Assembly: GCA_964057225.1 (NCBI GenBank)
Contig: OZ059897.1
Coordinates: forward strand, 8,618,001-8,682,000
Direction of reading: 5' to 3'
Origin: Auanema rhodensis
Taxonomy: Eukaryota; Animalia; Nematoda
DNA length: 64,000 nucleotides
Part shown: piece by piece, positions 55,519 through 64,000 of the stretch
Layout: each line of letters opens with the position of its first letter
Numbering within the stretch: position 1 is the first letter of the stretch
Notes under the pieces: generated by a model
The model's database searches: none
The model's input: only the letters and a program-made list of their open reading frames with translations
Told to the model about the DNA's origin: nothing
Made by a program: the position numbers and the translations under genes

Positions 55519-56961
55519 TTGAATAACGGAACACGGGGGGAACACTAGGTTAGGGAAAACAGTTTCGTAAATCTACTGAAGAATAGTATTGACTACTAGT
55601 CTGTAGAACTCGAATTGCTCAATAGATTAGATGTTACTTACCTTAATCAATTCTCTCATTAAGTATGCTATGCACTTTCTCACGTAATAATAATCTTATG
55701 AATATGCTTTTTCAAATAAGTTAAAGCCAAAAGTAACGTAAAACTTTATTTAATCTCAAAATTGAAGATTGATAAAGCTTAAGTTTAAGTTAATTCCTAG
55801 ATCCATTAACTGGAAGACATTCCAAAACTTTCTATAGAGTCATCGCCATTAAAGTTTTCTCTGTGAAACTTACTGTAGTCATTCACAGGTGAAAGTTTCG
55901 GGGAAGGATTCTGCAAGAGAAACCTGTCTTAAGAAACAATCATTTGATAATATTGTTTATACTAAAATATATAAATAAATTATAAGATTACGTAATAATC
56001 ACATTGTCTCTTTTAAATTTTAAAATATGGTTTCTAATTTGTTCATCCAATAATTAAATTTACAAACTATATTGTGACTACAACATGACACATTTCATTC
56101 TGTATTTGTGATTTTAGGAAATAGTCTCATTTCAACTATATTTTCCTTATTTGAAATGTTTGTAAATTACAATATGGAAATAAAATAAATATGTTTAGGG
56201 TATTATGAATCATATTCAGACCAATTATTACATTACGAACAGGAGTTGAGTTCATATTTCAAGTTAAAGCTATAGTCAATCATTCTATATCAAAGATGTA
56301 CTACGTACGGAAGCAATTCTGATATTTATGTAAAAGATAGAATTCATTCTTATATTATAAAGATTATGAAGCTTTTTGAACACACCAATTACTGACCATA
56401 AATCATTTAAAACAAGCTAATCTTGCTAAAATACAATATAGGTTCTTATAATACATATTGTAGGAACAGTACTGCACTTATTTATGTACGTAATGTTACC
56501 ATTGTTTACTTATCAACTCCAATAATTAGTACTCAAACAAATACAATTCTAAACTTGGAATAGATGATGTGATGTTGAATTTTACGAGTATTCGTTAAGA
56601 TTCACTGATCCCATTTTGCTTTTGCAGAACAGAATTGATGTTGATTGTTGCTTGATAGAATTTGGTGGCAGATTTAGATTCAACAATTCTTGTAATATTC
56701 GAATTTTCATTTCAATATTAAGCTTAAGTTTGTTTTCTTCTCTTATTTCTTAACTTTTCAAAAAAAAATCATTTTAATTCATCTAATTGATTGAATACTA
56801 AACTAATATGTATATACTATAAACAGAATAATTTGATTTTTTCATAAATTAAAATGTATCTATATGAATACAAATTACTATTCAAAATATAAAATACAAT
56901 TAAATAATTGAAATAAAAACATTTATTATTTCATCATTTATCCAGTAGTTAAGGTTCTATA

Positions 56962-58404
56962 ATGACATTAGCTATCAACATCTCTGAATATATTCTTGGT
57001 TACTGCCCCGTTGCACCTGTTCCAGAAGCTAAAACTTGGTATCTTTATATATCACGTCTGATTGGTGCCCTTACTATATTCTTCGGAATCTATTTTTTAA
57101 AATTAATACAGAAACTCCTTCCTAGTCAATATGGATCATTCAAATATTATATTCTTGCTTATCATATTATCAGTTTAACATCAGGAGTTATAATATCGCT
57201 ATTAACGGTAAATAAGTTGAGAAAAGTTGTAACATGAAACATCTTCTTCAGACTCCAGTCTTCTATTTCCCATTGCTTTCTGGATATAGCATCGGCTTAT
57301 TGTCATATTTGAATATATCATTCTTAAATCAATATTATCTTTATATTATTTCACATTTTTTTATATTTGCCATGAGTATTATATTATTTTTTTATCGATA
57401 TTGGGTACTTCGTGAATCAAATTGTAATGTGAAATCATGGAGATTTTGTTTATGTTCTATATTAATAGTTATGATATATGTAATACCTTTTCTTATTGTA
57501 ATTATATGCATTAAACCTTATCCATCTTCTTTAGAAAGCTTAATAAAGGTAAGTTCTCGGATGTGTTTTATTTTGTTTTTTAAAACTTATTATGCTTAGT
57601 CATGCTCTTCTTATTCTACACTTTTGAAAGTACGAAATGCTGCAAATCTTGGACGATTTAAAAACGAACTTTCGCTTCAACTTCAAATGCTTATACGAGG
57701 AATTAATAATGGATTGTTAATTGTTTTCTCATATGCTTTGAAACGTTTAATAATACGGAATTTGAAAGAAAGAAAGGGATCTATGTCCAGAAAATCTTTA
57801 ATGTTTCATCGAAAATTACTTCCAGCTCTTCAAATTCAGGTAAATATCATCAGTTTTCAGTACATGTAAAGATATGTCATCTATCTAGGTATTACTTCCT
57901 ACAAGTTTTCTAGTTATACCATGCTTAATAACAAATTCAATAGTTATATTCGATATATCTATATCATTAGGTATATTAACTATGATGTAAATGTTGATTT
58001 TTATATAAAATTATTTTAGATTTATCACTTATATTAATAACTGTAACCCAATTACATGGTATTATCAATACTATAGGAGTTGTTGCTCTTAATAATAATA
58101 TTTTAGCTCAGTTGATACAAGGTATTTAAGTTTTTTTTTGGAAAATATTTTAATTTCTTAGTTAAAACTTACTTATTAAAATCAAAATCAGATCAAGTAC
58201 TGTAATTTAGAAAAAATAAAAATAAAATGTTAAATTATAAATTGTAGATTTTGTTCGTTTACTTGGTGTCGAAGAAAAAGTATTTTTAACATCGTCAGTT
58301 GCATCAGTTAAATCAAAGGTTTTAAACTTTTAAAATTTATAAAATTTCTAAATATTTAGACATCATCTGTAAGAACAATATCTGGAATTTCTGGTTTTCG
58401 ATAA
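56962..58404 (+). CDS. Serpentine 7TM chemoreceptor, srh/sri-type (paralogue 2)
   Basis: YCP.APVPEAKTWY, TPVFYFPLLSGYSIGLL, LFFYRYW, MSRKSLMFHRKLLPALQIQ, TQLHGI. Confidence 0.85.
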
Positions 58405-58707
58405 TATTCGTCTTAGCTAATGAGAAAAGAAGAAAAGAGTTCTCTTAATATCTACTTGAACAGTTATAAATGTAAATAATTTAGTTTTAGTACTTTGTAT
58501 ATATCTTTTTATTTTATAAAAATAGTTTATTGAAGTTTTAAATATATTAATATTCAAGCTAAGTTGCAAAGAAAGGTATAACTGAAACATAAGATAGAAC
58601 ACCAATCTATTCATATCGTAATCTGAATAGAAAAAACTTTACTTGAATTACTAATTGAACTTTCAGATATTTAAATCTTTTCTAAATATCATAGTAATTA
58701 TCAAAAC

Positions 58708-59824
58708 GAAGAATTATACATTTACTAGAAATTTCCTTTTGTTTTGAGAAAAATATCAATAATCAGAAATAATTTAGTAAAATCCGACACGAAGATTTCA
58801 ATATTTGAACTTTATTTAGATAAATATCAATGTTTTCGAAATCTAATTGTAAACTTCAGCGAAAATTTCAAAAATCTTCAAAAATTTGAATTATATTGAA
58901 AATACTTCAATAGATTCTCCTCCTGATTGTCATGAAAGTATTGTTCTTATTATGTACATGAAGTCTTCAAAGTTCAAACTACTTTGATCATGGTTTCATC
59001 TTATGGAATGCTTAATCAACTTAAAAAACAATTTTCTTATGAGATTTATCGGAAGCTTTTGTAAGATACTGGTAAAATCGGTTTTAGGGTATTTGTTGCC
59101 ACCCGAAATTTTTCAAATAATTTTGTTTTTTATACTTTTGAGTGTCGAAAAAAATATCCTCAAATACTCTAGGCGATGGATAAGCCTGAGCCTAACTCTA
59201 GGCAGTGGATACGCCTAAGCCTAAACCTAAGCCTAACTCTAGGCAGTGGATACGCCTAAGCCTAAACCTAAGCCTAACTCTAGGCAGTGGATAATCTACT
59301 TTTTGTTTTCGCGCGATAGACAACCTTTAACATAAATTAATTGAATTTTGACTGTACTGAGTGGTGGGTGGCAACAAATACACTGGAGCCGACATATCAT
59401 ATTTCGGGAAATAAGTTTGCAAATATTAAAACAAAAACACAATTTAATTCAAAGATATTGATATGATCATAATATGAGATTTATTGAGCTTTGCTTGTAG
59501 CTCGTCTATAAGTTTTTTCCTTTCGCTCCTGTAAAATGTTGTTGTTAAGAACAATTATTCAAGTTTTTACATTATCAAACGTAATTGAGTTGATATGTGG
59601 AAGATCGGAAATACTATATTGATGATGATGATGATGGAAAAGTTATATACATAGTGCAATACTTTCAGGAGAATCTATTGAAGTATTTTCAATATAATTT
59701 AAAATTTTGAAGAATTTTGAAATTTTCGCTTAAATCTGACATCTCATTTTACGAAAATATTTCTGATTATTGATATTTTCCTCAAAACAAAAGGAAATTA
59801 TTAATAAATATAATATAATACTTC
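58708..59824. mobile_element. ~1.1-kb foldback/MITE-like element with long imperfect inverted arms and an inner 16-bp inverted repeat
   Basis: Arm 58708-58921 is the reverse complement of 59666-59824, apart from an ~70-bp left-arm insertion. Inner perfect IR GTATTTGTTGCCACCC (59089-59104)/GGGTGGCAACAAATAC (59366-59381). No ORF. Confidence 0.75.
59166..59293. repeat. Tandem 41-bp repeat containing nematode telomere-like GCCTAA (TTAGGC) hexamers
   Basis: ACTCTAGGC..TGGATA starts at 59166, 59195, 59236 and 59277 (spacings 29/41/41), separated by GCCTAAGCCTAAACCTAAGCCTA. Confidence 0.92.
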
Positions 59825-60001
59825 ACATATTTAACTTTGCTTTGAGTTTTGATGTACTTCCGGTCTCTGCGTGCAATTCAGGATACACTCACACTTTCAA
59901 GCTAATATGTAGCTAATATGTAATTGACTACAAATCGTTCTTGAGTATAGAAGATAGGAAAGAATAACTGACAATCACAATTAACGTTTCAGAGTTAGCC
60001 G

Positions 60002-61316
60002 ATGGGAATAATCAAGAACATATCTGAGTATAAGCTTGGCTATTGCCCCGATGCTCCTGTTCCAGAAGCCAAGCAATGGTACTTCTACAGTTCGCGACTA
60101 CTTGGCGCTTTTACAGTATTTATTGGAATCTATTGTTCACGTTTAATAACAAAAAAAATAAAAGAAGATAGTGGATCATTCAAATATTACATTTGTGCTT
60201 ATCATATTTCGAGTATAATGTCTGGAATTACTTCATCATTACTTTCGGTAAAATATTTGAAATTAGTAGTTAATTGAATGATAAGAACTATCATTATCTA
60301 GACTCCCGTTTATTATTTTCCTCTTGTATCTGGTTATGGTATTGGCCTTTTATCATATTTAAATATTTCATTCTTAAATCAATATTATCTTAATATAACA
60401 ACACATTTCTTTGTTCTTGCTATATGTGTTATTCTCTTCTATTATCGATATTGGCTTATACGTCAACGAAGTTATCAATACAAATCTTGTATACTTCGTT
60501 TTGGAATTATATTTATATCAATCTTCTATGTTGCTCCATATCTAATTACTATTGGATACTTTGAACCGAGTTCTAGCTTGACAAGCTTAGTGAAGGTAAT
60601 GAGCTTGATCAAATTCATGAAAACAAGTTTGTTTCAGTCTTGTCCAGCTTATACTACATTACTCAAAGTACCATGTTCTGTGAACATTGGAAGAATTCAT
60701 AACGAGATTTCACTGCAAATTGAAGCTTTTTTGTTTGTTTTAAATTCAGTAACATTCGTTATATCAATGCTTATATTAAAACACTTGATTATACGGAATT
60801 TGGATGAACTGAAAGAATCGATGTCAAAGAAAACTGCTATGCTTCATCGAAAACTGCTTCGAACTCTTCAAATTCAAGTAACTTAATGAGAACTTTGACA
60901 TTTAACATCTTTATTCGTTTCAAGACATTGGTCCCTTCAAGTTTTATCGCTTTTCCATGTTTAGCCATGTTTTCTGCAATGGTTTTGGATAAACCAATTC
61001 CTTTAGGTTAAGCTTATCATTTATATCTTCTGAAGTGTTTATTCAGATTTATCTCATATCTTGATTACTATTGAACAAATGCATGGCATTGCTACAACTA
61101 TTGGAATAATTGTTCTCAATAATAATATTTTAGCTCAACTAACACATGGTACAACTCTTTATTTAAATTCTAAATCAAAGCTTGAAAACTTGGATTAAAC
61201 TTGAATCAACTCTTCATTTCTTTCCAGATTTTACAAAATGGTTTAGTATTGGGGAAAAAACAACTCATCCAATTCATTTTACATCGGTTAAAAGTAAAAG
61301 TAAAAGTAATACATAA
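60002..61316 (+). CDS. Serpentine 7TM chemoreceptor, srh/sri-type (paralogue 3)
   Basis: YCPDAPVPEAKQWY, TPVYYFPLVSGYGIGLL, LFYYRYW, SCPAY..NIGR, MSKKTAMLHRKLLRTLQIQ, EQMHGI. Confidence 0.85.
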
Positions 61317-62310
61317 TATTTATATTTTCAATCATCTATAATTGCTAATCGATTTCATGAACTGTTGAAAAATGATTTTATATTCTCTCAGATCTATTAT
61401 CATCTTCAATATTCTTTTAAATAATTAGAAATATTGTTATATCTGTTATTCATAAACTTATCTAAACGTTTATTAACTAAATATTGTATTTAATTGCAAA
61501 TTCAATGAAGTAATCAACTAGAATTTAAAAGAAATGTTACAGCTCTCTCGAACATGATAACACGAGTCATTTCAACTCAACTCGCTACAGATACTATGAA
61601 AAATACATATGTATATACAGATTCAAACATTTTCAAAGAAAAAACAGAGAAAGAGAGAAGGAAGGAAGTTAGGGGGGAGGGGGAGGGGGAGAAGAGAAAT
61701 GTTTCCGCGATTATTAAAAAGTTTTTATTTTAAAAGTTACTATTTCTCATGAGACAAGTAAATTCAAAGAATTTATGAAAGCAAATTTCCCACTAAAGTA
61801 TGTTTAACTGAAATAATTCTAATTCTAGTTATTATATGAAATTAGAAAACTTAAAAATACAATAAGACCTATGTCTTTAACACTTATTTTATTGAAAAAA
61901 GTATGAAAATGCCAATTTCTTTGCAAACTTATTATTTTTTTTGTGGAATCATATGATGGATGATATTTTGAAGTTGAGTTGGTTTGATACTGTACATAAT
62001 TTAGTATATAATTATTAATTTAGATATAATAAAGTTAAAAGAATCAATAATTAATTAGAATATCTTTATTTATATATAATATTATAGATATATTGAAGTT
62101 GTTATGTAACTATATATACTTTGATGAATATTTAACAATATGTATTCCTATTATATTTAAAAAATAATAATACATAAATTAATTTTCTTGATATATTGAA
62201 GTTTACTGGTCCCTTGGGACTTCATAACTTCTTTATAAAAACAGTTTAATATTATTCAAAAGGTCTTCTCTCTCCCTTTCTCAGATTATTTCAACTTTCT
62301 TAAAGTTTTG

Positions 62311-64000
62311 ATGGCTGATATGAGAAATAACAATTCTATATATCCATTGGCTTTTTGTCCAACTGAGGATGTACCTTTGGCTGGTGATTGGTATTGGATA
62401 GTTTCTATGATATGTGGATTTGCAACTATATTACTTGGATCATATTGCTATCGTCTTTTAAAATATCTACCAGATAGTTTAGGATCATTTAAGAGATATA
62501 TGTATATATATCATATAAGTAGTATTTTACCAGCTATATCACTATCTATACTCACAGTAAGTTGTTTAATGATTCGATTTCAAGTTCCTGTTTTCTGTTT
62601 TCAATAAATTGATGATCAATCCTCTTTTGTATGTTCTCATACAATTCCTATATAGAGATGTCTTCTGAGACTACATCAGAGAGATTAAGCTTGGTTGTCA
62701 CATAAACTGATGAAAATAAAGTTTTAAGTGTAAAATATGAAGTTAAGAATAACAGAAACTATCAGTTTTCTTTTATTATTTATTAATTTATATAATTATG
62801 ATTTCATTAAATATTCAGACTCCTGTATACTATATGCCTCTTTTGAGTGGATATTCAATAGGATTATTAAGTTTTTTTAATTTCACATTTCTATCACAAT
62901 TGACATTTACACTTATACTTCATTATATGCATTATGCTATATGTATTATACTATTCTTCTATCGTTATTGGCTTGTAAGATCACCAACTCCTAACTTTGA
63001 TAGTTGGAAATATCGTTCAGTCGTAACTTTCATTATATTCATATTTCCTGTTCCATGTTTGGTATCAACAATGCTCTTAGTTCCTTCGGGAACTCGACTT
63101 GATCTACTGATTGCGGTAAGGCAACTTCTTGTAAGTTGTAAGCTAAACTCTGTCGTTTCAGTCCTGTTCCGCATATCGAACTCTTCTACAATCACCAAAT
63201 GCTTCGAATATTGGACGATTTTGGAATGAAATATCGTTAATGGTTACAATGTCTATCTTTGTTTTCAATTCTACAATCTTTATTATTTTCTTAATAATTT
63301 TCAAAATACTAACAATGAAAAGCCTAGCTGATTTACAGCAAAAAACTGTAATGTCTGCTAAAACTGTTGCAATGCATTGGAAATTTAACAGAGCATTAGA
63401 ATTACAGGTAATATATATTCAGGATACTAATTATTATATTAACTATACTAACTATATTATATAATATTTTATATTTGTATTTAACTAAAAAAGTAGGAGA
63501 GAATCGGAGTTCAAAATATTGCAGATATCCCCTCATTTCTGAGATTAGACTCGTTCAAACCTCATATAAGCTCCATAAATCACAAAAAAAAATCACAGAA
63601 ATGAGAAAAAGTTAAAGCTTGCATGTTTCAGATTCTTTGTCCAGCGCTGCTACTTAGTTTTCCGACAACAATTTTTTTTATATTAATGTTGGGAGATATA
63701 CCATGTTCATTAGGTAACACTAGATTATAACATTAAAGAAAAAAAAAACTTTTATAAACTAAAATCAAAAAATGAAAAGATTTTATTCTTAAAAAAAGTT
63801 TTAATTGATTTAGATATATCAAATATATTAATAGTTTTAAATGAATTTCATGCTGTTTTCAATTCAGCTGCTATAATTAAGTTAAATAATAATGTTTTGG
63901 ATGCATTTCTTGAAGGTTTTATTTATATTTTAATTTAAAACTTAAACACTTTTTAAGATGTATCTCATATATTTCTTTTAAATAAAATATTTAAACGTAA
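62311..64000 (+). CDS. Serpentine 7TM chemoreceptor, srh/sri-type (paralogue 4), 3' end outside window
   Basis: FCPTEDVPLAGDWY, TPVYYMPLLSGYSIGLL, LFFYRYW, SCSAY..NIGR, MSAKTVAMHWKFNRALELQ. Confidence 0.82.

Noticed and set aside
55886-55891. CAGGTG E-box upstream of a srh-like receptor
   Set aside because: A single hexamer that I did not see upstream of the other paralogues; expected by chance.
59166-59293. Repeat-spacer-like array resembling CRISPR
   Set aside because: Eukaryotic context, the 'spacers' are identical telomere-like hexamers, and there are no cas genes.

Overview
Eukaryotic, AT-rich, gene-dense DNA from a rhabditid nematode. Evidence: many ~40-50 nt introns, TTTCAG/TTTTAG trans-splice-type acceptors just before start codons, nematode-type gene families and TTAGGC-like telomeric hexamers. 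I reconstructed about 22 spliced protein-coding genes by hand, because the six-frame ORF track misses or mistranslates most of them. They are: a CRAL-TRIO/GOLD lipid-binding protein (partial), a TIL-domain inhibitor, an APMAP/strictosidine-synthase-like protein, a myristoylated low-complexity orphan, a nematode methyltransferase-domain protein, an hda-5-like class II HDAC, patr-1, a DAPIT/ATP5MK-like microprotein, eif-3.B, a candidate DSN1/KNL-3-like kinetochore protein, rpn-9, a secreted three-finger protein, a MATH-BTB protein, acdh-12, maoc-1, an SLC25A36-like carrier, a secreted multi-basic-site precursor with two 4-Cys modules, dbt-1, a 4-TM protein, and four srh/sri-type chemoreceptors. 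Non-coding features are a U3 snoRNA gene, a decayed mariner remnant, microsatellites, and a ~1.1 kb nested inverted-repeat element centred on a telomere-like tandem repeat. The most interesting items are the telomere-centred palindrome, the furin-type precursor, the DSN1-like gene with a CDE-CHR site, the unusually relaxed splice signals, and a candidate poison exon. All homology calls come from recognising motifs by eye; no searches were run.
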